DNA of 61,785 bases, counting the filler, from Asterionella formosa (taxonomy: Eukaryota): assembly GCA_002256025.1 (NCBI GenBank). It is 26 parts of 26 records of this genome, joined end to end, with 100 filler letters (N's around TTAATTAATTAA, not from the genome) between each part and the next. Parts side by side here need not be neighbours in the genome. Positions count along the whole stretch, not along the records: positions 50,023 to 52,295 come from NKIB01000081.1; positions 52,396 to 54,668 come from NKIB01000082.1; positions 54,769 to 57,041 come from NKIB01000083.1; positions 57,142 to 59,413 come from NKIB01000084.1; positions 59,514 to 61,785 come from NKIB01000086.1; 21 more parts are not named here. One strand, 5' to 3'. The translations under genes and the position numbers were made by a program. Each line of letters opens with the position of its first letter. Within the stretch, counting starts at the first letter, position 1. Shown here piece after piece: positions 50,023-61,785 of this stretch. The notes under the pieces were generated by a model. That model saw only the letters and a list, made by a program, of their open reading frames with translations. It had not been told where the DNA came from and did no database searches.

Positions 50023-52295
50023 GATTGCTGATCGCCATTACAGAGGTATGTGCGATAATAGCGATGCTATTTATAATGACTCGTTGAGTATATCTCACGT
50101 TAGTCATCACCTGAATAATATTGTTTATTTACAGGTTGAATACACTATGGATACCGCTGTTAATGTAACGCGGGATATATATAACTGTATTGATGGACAT
50201 GATGTTCCACATACATATCAGGGACCAATTCCGGTTTCTTGTTTTACTTCTAAGGATATATTAACATCAATTGATTTGATTCCGATGTCCCTTTTAGCGC
50301 CAAAATTGGTGGATAATATACCGATACATAAAATACTACGAGTATTATTCGATAGTGGAGGATCATTATCCTTAATACATGAACGGGTTATGCCTCAAGG
50401 TATTTCTTTGTCTGACGAGACTTCCCAATTAATACATACCATAGCTGGTACTTATTCATCTCATGCCAGTGTCATGCTATATGACCTGATTTTACCAGAA
50501 TTTAATCGATCCGCTCATATTTTACAACAAAAGTGTCAAGTCTTTAATGGTCTATGCACATTTGATGTTATTTTTGGACGTGATTTCCTCCGTCAAGTTG
50601 GTTTAACCATTGATTTCGTAAATAAAACCATGTCCTGTAAGAATATGATTGTTCCTACTATGCATCCTCTTACATTCTTTGATGATTGAGAACGTTTTCG
50701 TGATCTATAATTATATTTTGATGCACCTATGATTGTGGAATCTTCATATGCGCTGGAAATTAAGCTGCTGAATAAAATTACGTAAATATTGATACAGTGG
50801 TGGATAAATACAACGATCATGTTTACGATCTATATTGGTTAAATATCAAACATTATTTGATGGCAAATTAAAAGTCTATCCTCACAAACAGGTACATTTG
50901 GAATTATTATCAAATGCTGTCCCTCGTCATCAATGAGCATATCCGGTCGCTCATATTCATTTAGAAGTTTTCAAAACTGAATTACAACGATTATGTGATA
51001 TTGGAGTCCTACAAAAATGTGGTGCTTCTAAATGGGCATCTCCCACTTTTATTATTCCAAAAAAGGATGGAAGTGTCCGATGGGTATCAGATTTTCGTGA
51101 TCTTAATAAAGTCATCAATCGCAATATATATCCTTTGCCTCGAATACAAACTATTCTCACTAAACGTGCTGGATATGTATTTTTCACCAAATTGGATGTT
51201 TCCATGCAATACTATACTTTTGCATTGGATGTGGAGAGTCAAAACTTGTGTGTTATTTCAACTCCATTTGGTTTATATAAAATTTACGCCTGCCTATGGG
51301 GGTGAAACAATCATCTGACATTGCACAAGAAACTATGGAACAGATCCTTAGTGATTTAGATGATGTGGAAATTTATATTGATGATGTGGGTTGTTTTTCA
51401 ATGAATTTTTCAGATCACCTTCATTTATTGGACACTATTTTACATCGTTTACAGATAAATGGTTTTACAATTAATCCATCTAAGTGTGAATGGGCCGTCC
51501 AAGAGACAGATTGGTTAGGCTATTGGTTAACTCCTAATGGACTGAAACCTTGGTCTAAAAAATTCCGAGCATTGATTAATATGTCTTCACCTACCAATCT
51601 TAAACAAGTTCGATCATTTCTCGGTGCTGTTACTTACTATCGAGACATGTTTCCTAGACGATCGCATGTTCTTGGACCACTTACGGATTTAATTGGAACT
51701 AGTCCCTTTGTCTGGTTACCTATCCATCAACAAGCTTTTGAAGAAATGAAAGCATTGTTAGTTGCAGATACACTCATGCGTTATCCTGACCATAATCTCC
51801 CTTTTCATATCTTTACTGATGCCTCTGATTATCAATTAGGGTCGGTCATTATGCAAAATGATCTCCCAGTTGCTTATTATTCTCGCAAATTATCTGCTGC
51901 TCAAAAGAATTATACTACTATTGAAAAAGAATTACTTTCTGTGGTAGAAACTTTCAAAGAATTTCGCTCTATGTTATTGGGCGCAGTTCTACATGTTCAC
52001 ACTGATCATCGAAATCTTATTTATAATACATTACATACACAACGTGTTCTACGATGGCGACTTTACATTGAAGAATACCATCCTACTTTTCATTATGTGA
52101 AAGGGACTGACAATGCTATTGCAGATTCCATCTCTCGCCTCCCGAGGCTTGAGTCTTTGGTGGAGGATGATATTGATATTGGACCGAAATCTCCAACATC
52201 AACTTCCACTTCTACTTTTTCAATTGAATTAGATGATGAACCTCTGCTTACATGTTTCCTTAATCATCCCATCTTGACAGACAATATTCAATATC
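50023..52295 (+). mobile_element. pol: Ty3/gypsy pol, degenerate copy
   Basis: Same end points as 40523-42798. Stops and indels cluster in about 50640-51290; the RT 3' half and RNase H are intact. Confidence 0.95.
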
Positions 52296-53324
52296 NNNNN
52301 NNNNNNNNNNNNNNNNNNNNNNNNNNNNNNNNNNNNNNNTTAATTAATTAANNNNNNNNNNNNNNNNNNNNNNNNNNNNNNNNNNNNNNNNNNNNGATTG
52401 AGAGTATCTAAAATTGGTTGAATGGAAGCCATTCGGTATTGTAGTTCCTGACGAAACAGTCGTCGGTATGATTGCAGCATTCTTTGCTGACGAAATAAAT
52501 GGCATACCAACATTTGTCCTTGTCGCCAATTGTGGGTTCATTTTTGGTTCACATAATGAAGCTCGGCAGGCCCCTCCAAGATGGAAGAGGAATACTGCAA
52601 TCCCAAGCATTTCGTATCAAAAGGTCACTTTATTCTCCTGACGACGTAGTGGTGGAACTGTTTGCATTAAGTTGATGATTGTGAGAAGTACAGTACTCAA
52701 CGAACTGGAGGACGATGAATCAGTGCTTCCATTTAACTTCTAAACAAACCAATGAATGTTTGAGTATTGGGGTTATTGCCTGAGGCATGTTTTCTTCTTC
52801 CTTCGATATCGTTATTATTCCACAACACGAATATTTAGTCAATTTACTTCTAACCATCAACAGCTTACCGTGTGTTGTATTCGGCTGATGAACTTATTCT
52901 TGCTTCCCCCTGATTTTTGCAACAATGCATGGGAAAAATTGAAACGGATAAAAGCAAACAAAGCAAGAAAAAATCATTTTAAAATTAGCGATGATCTAAT
53001 ACCTTGGGTACAGAGTGATGTTTACAAGTGTGCATATATGAATATATGTATACTGTGAATTCAGGTTTGATAAACTATTGACATACCGGTATATTAATTA
53101 ATACTCCACACTCCTCATTCATATCGGGATATCAAATCGCCAGGACGAACACACCGACGCCGTAACAAACAGCAAGTTGCGGTAATTTTGCTGAAGCTAA
53201 AGATTTAGCTATGTTTATCTTAGATGAAAATGTTAGTTTAAGGCCGTTGCTAACGGTGGACCAAAACCAAAACCAAACAGTGTTTAGGTTTCGGTAACCC
53301 TAAAAAACGATGCTAACGGGAGTG

Positions 53325-53440
53325 AAAAACCCAACGCAAACGCATTACGTTTAGGGGATTCCGTGCCCATATCCCAATAAGTTACCCAAACGCATTACGT
53401 TTAGGTTTTTTTTTCCCAAAGTTACCTAAACGTAGGATTC
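53325..53440. repeat. Short direct/inverted repeat cluster
   Basis: CAAACGCATTACGTTTAGG twice, AAGTTACC twice, and inverted CCTAAACGT. Confidence 0.65.
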
Positions 53441-53826
53441 CATGTTGACTACTTTGAATGTAGTCACTAGAAACCCAATAATTATCGTCGTAGAATCACT
53501 ACATATAGGACGGAGCATACCGGTATATATCATATCTATATATACAACAATAGCTATACGGTAAGTACTCTGTACCAGGGTACCACACTGGCGAGAACAA
53601 CAACAACAACAGCAACAGCAACAACAACAAATCATCGCAGCACTTTGGATCTACTTTCGAAGAAGTTACAATGACTATTACTCGACAATCAAATTAGACC
53701 TACTCAATTCACAAGCTAGAGCGTTGTACGATTGAAAAGGTCGCTTCAATTTGCCATCATCACATCCAGTATTGGTATAGCTAGAGATGTAATCATAAAG
53801 ATCAAACTACAAAGCAAACGACATAT

Positions 53827-54668
53827 TTACGCAGTGCTTCCAATAACCTTCCAAGTTTTCTTCATATCCTCCGTATCAATGACAAGATAGCCGTCCACTG
53901 CCCCAGGATTAGTGGGCTTGAACTTGACCGCGAAGTCAATTCCTTCCTTGCTGCTCAATGATCCTTCCGAAGGAACAACAGTGAAATCACCTGGAGTTTC
54001 CGAAGTAAGGCCGCCCGAAAATCAGCGTATCCCATGAACTCATTCTTTAGATTGAATTCGTGAATTCGGATCTGACCAATGCGGGAGACGAGCTCAATAG
54101 TTTGCTATCCGGGACAACAGCACCAAATGCTTTCTCAAAATCGAAATCCTGTAGTTTTGCGAGAGACCTCGAGTTAGATATTGCATAACAACTGATCAAA
54201 AATTAAATAATTCTAAGTCAATCTTTAATGACCATACCTGATTCCTCTGAACTCCAAACTTGGCAAGAGCCCGCCAGTCTTCTTCGGTGGACACGGAGTC
54301 AAAACTTTCAGTCAGTTCCCTGTGCGCATTCTTCTTTCGGCGGAGTTCCTGCTGGTTCATCCAGTTCTACATTTGCTGCGCCCGAACTACTTCTACTCCT
54401 TTTTCAATCAAGTTAGAAGCGTATCCCGTCGAGGTACCCCATGCGTTCTTGGCACTCATCGTCTTGGACTTCGCGAAGGAAGGGGACACGTCACTTCCAA
54501 ACTTCTCGAGACCTTTCTTACCATCTCCAGCCACACCCATTTGGCCATCACCTCCATCGAATTCATCTCCAAAGTCAGCATATTTGTCCCACTTTGCAGG
54601 TCCGAAACGATCAATATCTTCCTTCTTTTGATTGGTAACTTCTTTCTTGGTTCCTTCAATGTGAAGGC
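53827..54668 (-). pseudogene. Two-exon pseudogene of a conserved-looking algal protein
   Basis: EFDGGDGQMGVAGDG..SAKNAWGTSTGYA..RAQQM*NWMNQQE, then an 89-nt GT-AG intron (54149-54237). Exon 2 reads DFDFEKAFG..KNEFMGYADFRAA..VVPSEGSL..YLVIDTED..TW with two frameshifts. Function unknown. Confidence 0.75.
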
Positions 54669-54768
54669 NNNNNNNNNNNNNNNNNNNNNNNNNNNNNNNN
54701 NNNNNNNNNNNNTTAATTAATTAANNNNNNNNNNNNNNNNNNNNNNNNNNNNNNNNNNNNNNNNNNNN

Positions 54769-55598
54769 TTGCCGTGCACCCTGACATGAAGAGCCACACC
54801 GGTGGCGTGATGTCTTTTGGAACTGGAGGCATCATATGCAAGTCGACCAAGCAGAAATTGAACACAAAGAGTTCGACGGAGGCTGAATTTGTGGGCGCCA
54901 GCGATTATCTCCCGAACACGCTGTGGGTAAAAATGTTTCTTGAAGCACAGGGATACAAGATTCAAGAAAGTTTCTTCGAACAAGACAACGAGAGCGCAAT
55001 TAAACTCGAGAAGAACGGACGAATTTCGGCAGGGCCAAAGTCTCGGCATATCAACATCCGCTATTTCTGGATTAAGGATCGATCGGTAGATGAAGGAATC
55101 ACCATTCGCCATTGTCCAACGTTGGAAATGTTGGGGGACTTCTTTACGAAACCACTGCAAGGAAACCTGTTCAGAACATTCCGAAATGTGCTTCTAGGAG
55201 CTGCGCACGTCGATACCCTGACTGCCAGTTCCCTGGCAACAGCCGAGGAGCGTGTTGGAAAAATTCGAGCTGACTGCCACAGGACAGGCGTGAAGGGTAT
55301 AGTAGACACGAGAGAGTACAGTACTACAGTTAAAACCGTACAGCCGCTAACAAGAGTTACCTGGGCTGACGTGGTAAAAGGCACCACACAAGGAAAAGCA
55401 ATCAGAGGTCAAGAAAATATGTTAAAGTGCAGTGTGAGTAATAAGAGTGTTTCGAGACCATTATCTCGAAACAATCCAGTTAGTAAAGTTTAAGTTTGAC
55501 AACTTCCTCGTTGCTATCAATTTCATCAACTGTATTCGATTAACACAGTACTAGGTTCAAGGCCTACGATACGGTCGAATACGGTAGTTGTTACAACA
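54769..55598 (+). mobile_element. pol: Copia RNase H plus 3' LTR (55253-55598), second insertion locus of the 34437 family
   Basis: Near-identical to 36167-37001. The flank diverges right after TTACAACA. Confidence 0.95.
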
Positions 55599-56432
55599 CC
55601 ACCTGCACTGACACGCCGAATTCGGTCGGCATACGCATTTGTTCGCCGTCTACCACAAGGCAAAAATCCTGTCGAGAAACGATTGGTTGTTGTCACTGGT
55701 TCAGAGGCGGAGCTGTATATTGATGAAATTGATGCTGGATTTATGCACACAGTTGGAAGACAGGAGGATGGAAGTGGTGGTGTTGTGGCGCAAGTAGGAC
55801 TCACAGGTGCAAGAGGGACAGAAATTCGCCGAGTTAGTCAGCAGAGGAACGAACTCCTTGGGCTGTACAGTCAACAGAAGGAAACACAAAGGGATGTGAA
55901 GCAGTTGCAGGCACAAGTCGAATTGATGGCAAAGGATATCCGCAAGCTCAGCACGGCTTTTAACAGATTCTCAAGGATACCAGGGCAAAGGTTTAGAGGC
56001 TCCAGTGTTCCTCCAGTTGCGGTGGTTCAATTGGCTGTGACAGCACCAACTACAATTGGAATTGATGCAGATGTAGAGGGACAAATCAACAACGAACAAG
56101 CCGGTGACAATTTGCTAGCTGACCTTGGCTCTTTTATGGTTCCAGCCTATAACAGTAGTCTCAGCAAGACTCCAAAGTCACTGTTTGTTCTATGGCAGGA
56201 GTTTGAAGTCGGAATTGCAGGGAGAAAGGCAGCCAGGCTATTTACAAGGGTTGAGAGGGGGAGGAATAAATTCATTTATTATCGGCGAAAGGTTGTATGG
56301 GATTCAGTTGCAGAGCAGATTAGACGTGGTTACAGTGCTCAGACAGCGATTGACAGAATCTATGAGGTGTATGGTCAAGAACTTTCAGTGATTGATCGAC
56401 GCACAGGTGGAAAGCCACAACTACGTATTTAG
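55599..56432 (+). mobile_element. GCR1_C-domain C-terminus of a Crypton-like element, interrupted by the copia
   Basis: Frame open from the LTR junction: PPALTRRIRSAY..NPVEK..LSKTPKSLFVLWQEFEVGIAGRKAARLF..ERG..YYRRKVVWD..AIDRIYEVYG. Confidence 0.7.
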
Positions 56433-56962
56433 TGAACTACTACCACATTAACTAGCATGCACGTTATATCATTCTCATTGTTTCCATTTAATGTTGTTAT
56501 ACATTTGATTTCATTTACCGATGTGTTAATATGTATTGGACACATACATAGAGTTAATAATCACTGTACACATATGTATGTATATATTGCATTGCACGAC
56601 GAAGTACCAGGTACCAGGGTACGGTACCAGGGTACCTGGTACTCCTACCTGATAGTCGTACTGATGATATGCAAATGTTCATGATCAGGTACCAGGTACT
56701 GGCTTTGTACACGGTGCTAGCAAATTACTAGTGCACTAGCTTCCACTACGGGTAGCATTCTCCGTCGAATAAAAAGTGAATACCTATATAATATATACGT
56801 CCCTGGAACTGGTATGTCTTATTGCTACAGTACCAGCTGTATTGTTACATAGATCATGCGTAGCTCAACATGCCGGCACCTTGTACCTGGTACCAGGTAC
56901 GTGGTACTCGGAGTACCTCTTATCATTAGAATTTTGGAAAGCTAGCTGTATACCTGTACCGG

Positions 56963-57041
56963 TACGCGTGTGTTTCGTCCCTACAATGGAAGACGAGTGG
57001 TACGAAGACCAATACTGCGCATCAAGCAACGGAACGGAGCG
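56963..57041 (+). mobile_element. Copia fragment matching 24515-24591 (minus)
   Basis: TACGCGTGTGTTTCGTCCCTACAATGGAAGACGAGTGG...GGAACGGAGCG. Begins within a TACCGGTA. Confidence 0.88.
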
Positions 57042-57141
57042 NNNNNNNNNNNNNNNNNNNNNNNNNNNNNNNNNNNNNNNNNNNNTTAATTAATTAANNN
57101 NNNNNNNNNNNNNNNNNNNNNNNNNNNNNNNNNNNNNNNNN

Positions 57142-57425
57142 AAATCGAAATGGAAGATGAGCAAAGAACGGAAATGATGCGAATCGCGTCTGAGCGTTTG
57201 AGCTTTGCTGCTACTGAAATTGCCCTCGTTATGGGAAATGCAGATATGGTAGCTGTCTATGGTACTACCCGAACCAATGTGCGAAAGTCTTCTGTTGATT
57301 CCAAGAATGAAAAACTAGGAAAGGAACACATGTACGGAGACGACAAGGCGTCACATGTGAACGGCACCCTCCTTTCACCCTTGCGTTTGCCTACACCCCT
57401 ATTGATCATGAACCGATCTGCTTAG
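57142..57425 (+). CDS. Possible 3' end of an unknown gene
   Basis: Open frame from the contig start with protein-like composition; no motif recognised. Confidence 0.3.
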
Positions 57426-59513
57426 ATACCATGTTAAAATTACGTAATCTATCGCACCTAATTATACCTTAAATGACTCGAGTCCACCATAGCTCATGTT
57501 TTCATTTTTCACGGGAAATCGGCTTGAAACCGTCATGCGTTGATTCGATGTTGGCTTCATGATATTCATGAATCGACATCCATGGCGCCGACAGTGCAGC
57601 AAGAGCGACAGGCTCAATTGTTTATCTGGGCGGTCGACAATCTGCATCATGACCATCGTCCTATTATATAGTGGTTGTGTGACTACTTGGCAGTCGTAAA
57701 TGTCCTGGGGACATACATTGTATGTGAAGGCGATTTGCGAATCGTGAAATTTCCTGAAAATATCATGCATTTCTACAGGAACGATACTACTGGTATCGCT
57801 CTTGTGTTCGAACTTCCTGAGTGCGCTCCAGTCACTAACGAAGCCGACGACGGGAACCAGCCAGTTTGCAGTACTGCGATTGCTCGACGAATATGATGAC
57901 CTTTCGTGCGTGATTGTGGCTTGTGGCGTGTACCGGTAGAGGTCCAAAATAGATTTAAGTAGAACCAGGTACAAGGGTACCAGGTACTACTATTACAATA
58001 GAGTACAAAATTATCCAACTGGTCGGTACAGAGCTCTTGACATATGATTGGACATTTTCAAAAGGGGCATATCATGAAAGGTTCCTATGACTGCTTAAAT
58101 AGATGCCCCGTTTATGAAAAGACGGCAGCAATGTCCAAGGGTAGCCAATAACTATTCATTGGTTTGAACCGAAACCTTTTTGTACGTTTAGTCCAATCAA
58201 AAGTTCAGCTTTTTTTCAGAAATTGACTGTTCCAACCACAAGCAGACCCTCATCATTCCCTGATGACCTATGGTGCTTACCGTAGCATTACATATACATC
58301 AGACTACTATGCATGTGAATACTTTAGCTATATTTATATAAATCTTTAGCATACGACAAACGTTACCTATATAGTCGAGCTCTACTAATGTAAGAATAAA
58401 ATTAGCTCGATGGATCTGACATAAGTAGTGGGAAAGTGGTACCAGGTACTGGTACTGCAACTTTGTACACTAATCCAGTTATATGATTCAGTTATAGACA
58501 TCTAGAACTAATATTTAGGCTAGTGAAAGGCATTACCCTTTCAGACCACTTACTACAATGTCTGATCTTGATGTAGGGACTCATACATTGATTCCCTAAG
58601 AATGGTTAAAGGGTCACCTAGACTAAACTAAGACTTATTCTCTAGTAACTGATAACCCATAAGCAATATTTACTTATTATCAAAGCCAGGACTAGACTTG
58701 GCAAATATAACTGAATGGAATAGATTAGCCTTTAGTCTAAACCAATGGTAACAAGACCTATTAGTATATACAGACTCCAGGGATCTCAAATGACCCTTTC
58801 CAAGAATGGATCAAACAAGCAAGCAAGCAAATATGGTTCTATTTAGGGCACCTGACATTGTTTTGCTCCTGATTGCCAACAGTGTTCCCACCAAGCCAAA
58901 GATACTCCATTTCTAAATGTGTGCCTTCACCATTTCAGTTCAATTCATCAGCCCCTGAAGTAGCAGCCAAGTGAGGGTGTCATGTACCTGAAGATGTTGG
59001 AATGATGATATTATAGCAGAAGAAGCTGAAGTAAATGAGGAAAGCAATCAAAGATCTAGCATTTGAATCATATTTTATATCATTTTGCATTGTTGCATGC
59101 CTTTCAACAATGTATTACATCAAATGCTCAAAACATTCACATTTTTCTGGAATCACTTGATTAACTTCTCATCCTCATCAGATGATGTTCATATAGCATT
59201 ATCTCTTTCAGCAAAATCATCCATATCAATCCATTCCTCTCCTGGGAATTCAATATTGGACTTTCCTTTCTTGTTATTCGCCTTTGAACTACTTAGCTAG
59301 CTAGCCACACAGCTATGGATAGTGAAGTCTATGTGGCGCTTCCTGGCCTAGTATCCAGCCTAGGTTCCAAGGTTGCAAAACCAACCCATGATCAACTCAA
59401 CAGAAGTTGTGATNNNNNNNNNNNNNNNNNNNNNNNNNNNNNNNNNNNNNNNNNNNNTTAATTAATTAANNNNNNNNNNNNNNNNNNNNNNNNNNNNNNN
59501 NNNNNNNNNNNNN

Positions 59514-61785
59514 CTGGCACCTTGAAGTTGATCATGTCTCGATCACTTCCCTTGAGACTAACTGGTTGGGAATAGCTCAAGGATTGTATCGAGGCATGCA
59601 AAAATCACCAAAGATGTTCGAGGTGTCTCAAGCAGGAGGTCTCCAATTCGTCAACGGAATATTCGAATTCGCAGGAGTGATTACAGCTGACGGGTATGCC
59701 CGGTGGTCCCGGAAAGGACCTGACACTGTTTCGTTGTACAATGCGCTCACAGCAAAAATGGTGGTTTCTATCTGAGGCAGACGAAGAGCAACCGGGAACG
59801 GATAGAGACATTGATTATTACCAGTACAAGTCGAAGGAAGATGAGGAGTTGCAACCTCCCCCTCGCGTGGTTGGGTAACATGCCGAAATGCCGGCATTGA
59901 TCCTCCACCGCAGTTGTGGGGCGGAGGTCTTATGGTAGGTACCAAAGGGTGAAGAGTACAATACTCTTGAGCACTTACTAGCAAGATGGGCAATTGAAAA
60001 TAACATTGTTGAAATTGTCTTGGACGCATCGTTGCACCGTGAAGTTGTAAATAGATCAACTCCATTGATTGAGTTTCTTGCCTCCATGTGCGAGCACGAT
60101 GAGCCAGTCAAGGGGGTACCGGATGATGGAGTCGGTCCTAATGCATTTTGCTTGAAAGCAGAGCATTTGCTCCTTGCTTGGAGAACTTGTGCAAGCAAGG
60201 CCGATGCAGCTGTCTCCGATGAGATTTATCACCTGCTTGTATCCATTCTTGTCCATCGCTTCCAAGAAATCTCCATGCAATATCGCTTGTCCGGGCTGTG
60301 GAGGACACTCTGAATGCTGCAAAAGGTAGCTCACTGTAAAAAAAAGTTGCGGAGTTTTGTGGTGCACTTGCAACATGAGCAAACATGGACGCCAAAGCAG
60401 GGCAACTTGGTGTGCACTACTTTCGCTCAGAAGTGGTCCGCGTTGAGGTACTTATGCTTCTCTCGGTTGTGCTGACCCACCCAAATGCGTTCGCTCTGAA
60501 AAAATACGAGATTTTGAAGCAGTATGTTACCAACAAGCTTCGTATTGACCCACTGGGTCGATCGTATCGTGAAACATTCCTTGAATCGTGCACAAAATCG
60601 CTGGCATTAAATGCGGAACAATTGGCAGGAGGTACACCCGTTGACGAGTTTTTAGCTTTGCGAATGGTGCAATTGACCGTTTTTGTGTTGGAAGCATGCC
60701 CACCTGAACAGGCGATGGCCATTTGTCAACGCAAATCAAGGAAGGTTGGCGTCCTTTCTTTTCAACGAATTAACGGCTTACTTATCAAGGCATAAGGCTG
60801 ATGTGAAGTCATCACCTATTCCGAAAAGAGTAAGTGTTGAACCTACTTTGCCTTGCATTTAGATTTTCCTTGTTCATGTTTCACATTTTGGAAGTTGATT
60901 TCAATGCAGAGTTCTGTTTGAAGCGTTGATATAAAGGTGGACAACACTGCCGCTCTCTATGAGCGTTTACGAAATCTTTGTTTATGTTTATGGTGTCTCT
61001 GAAACTGTGAAGTGAAGTATTGTACAACTTCAACATCTGTGGCAATTGTGTGACATTCCTGCTGATAGGGAGGAGGTAATGGTGTTTGTTGCACACGCAT
61101 CATTTATTGGGGACTTCACAGAACTTGAAGCAGCAATAGCGTCTCGCCCTCAGGGTCAGAATGACTCATGCCTATCCTCTGCTTTTTCTGATGAGGTAAG
61201 GACATCCGCTTTCCTTGCCCTTTTCTGCTCACAAGCAGTAAGTTGGGACGAGTTGGGTGAGGGTGCATGCAGGAGTTTCTGTCTCATGTTCAAGAAACTT
61301 TGCCAGTCACCTGCTGCTTCCCTTACAGCCAGCAGTCCCGCTCTTGACGCTCTGTGGCGTATTTGCCTCACGGCCGGCAACGAGAATGTTGCAGCTCAAT
61401 CGATGAAAGATCTCCTTGCTGTGGTATACGCTGCTATGGCCAGTGGCAACAAGTCTCACAACGCTTGGTCATGTGGACCACCGTCTGCCGCTTCTGAACA
61501 GATGCAGATTGACGAAATAGATGAAAACTTTGGAGACGGAGTTTATTGATGCCTTGCGGAAGTCAAAAAGGGTTTTGATGCTAGAGATCCTTCATCAGAG
61601 CGAGTGGCGGAACGATGTTTAAGGATCCTGAATGCAGCTGTTGGTCAAGATGGAAGCAGTGGTAGGTCTACTATCACACGCTCTACTGTGTCTCTTTTCT
61701 CTTCTCTTCCAATTAATTGTACATTGTTTGATGCCGTGCAGCTTTTGCCGCATGGTATGAGAGGGCAATCATCCTATCGCCGCAT
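59514..61785 (+). pseudogene. USP9/24/34-like deubiquitinase N-terminal region, disrupted
   Basis: WAIENNIVEIVL..SLHREVVNRSTPLIEFLA..LKAEHLLLAW, LDALWRICLTAGNENVAAQSMKDLL, ERCLRIL, LPHGMRG. Several frameshifts and stops. The catalytic domain is not in the contig. Confidence 0.68.

Noticed and set aside
40523..52295. Identical end points of two gypsy contigs as element boundaries
   Set aside because: The ends fall mid-ORF and are typical assembly-graph branch points.
53596..53630. Poly-Cys ORF
   Set aside because: Translation of a (CAA/CAG)n microsatellite on the opposite strand.

Overview
This is not one locus. It is 26 unrelated ~2.27-2.29 kb contigs, roughly size-sorted, joined by artificial 100-bp linkers (N44-TTAATTAATTAA-N44), so adjacency across linkers means nothing. 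The DNA is eukaryotic and almost certainly from a diatom or related photosynthetic stramenopile: it has CoDi-type Ty1/copia, diatom-type Ty3/gypsy, a PGRL1 fragment, an RxL-motif secreted protein, GT-AG introns and TTAGGG repeats. Content is mostly LTR retrotransposon pieces (several copia families, one gypsy family in 4 contigs), plus a DD35D pogo transposase, Crypton/GCR1_C-like remnants, dispersed non-coding repeats and broken host-gene copies. The one clearly complete host gene is an Arc1p/AIMP1-like tRNA-binding cofactor. Main leads: (1) a strong excess of TA-anchored palindromes (at least 24 exact TACCGGTA, plus TACCWGGTA and TAGCTA), and paralog comparisons within the window that show TA-to-TA(N1-4)TA micro-insertions, some frameshifting genes, which may be mass transposon excision footprints or a HIP1-like process; (2) a pogo transposase paired tail-to-tail with an intact small HIRAN-like ORF; (3) an in-frame Crypton-like/copia-integrase chimera; (4) a Crinkler-like N-terminal domain. 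All family calls come from motif recognition by eye; no searches were run.
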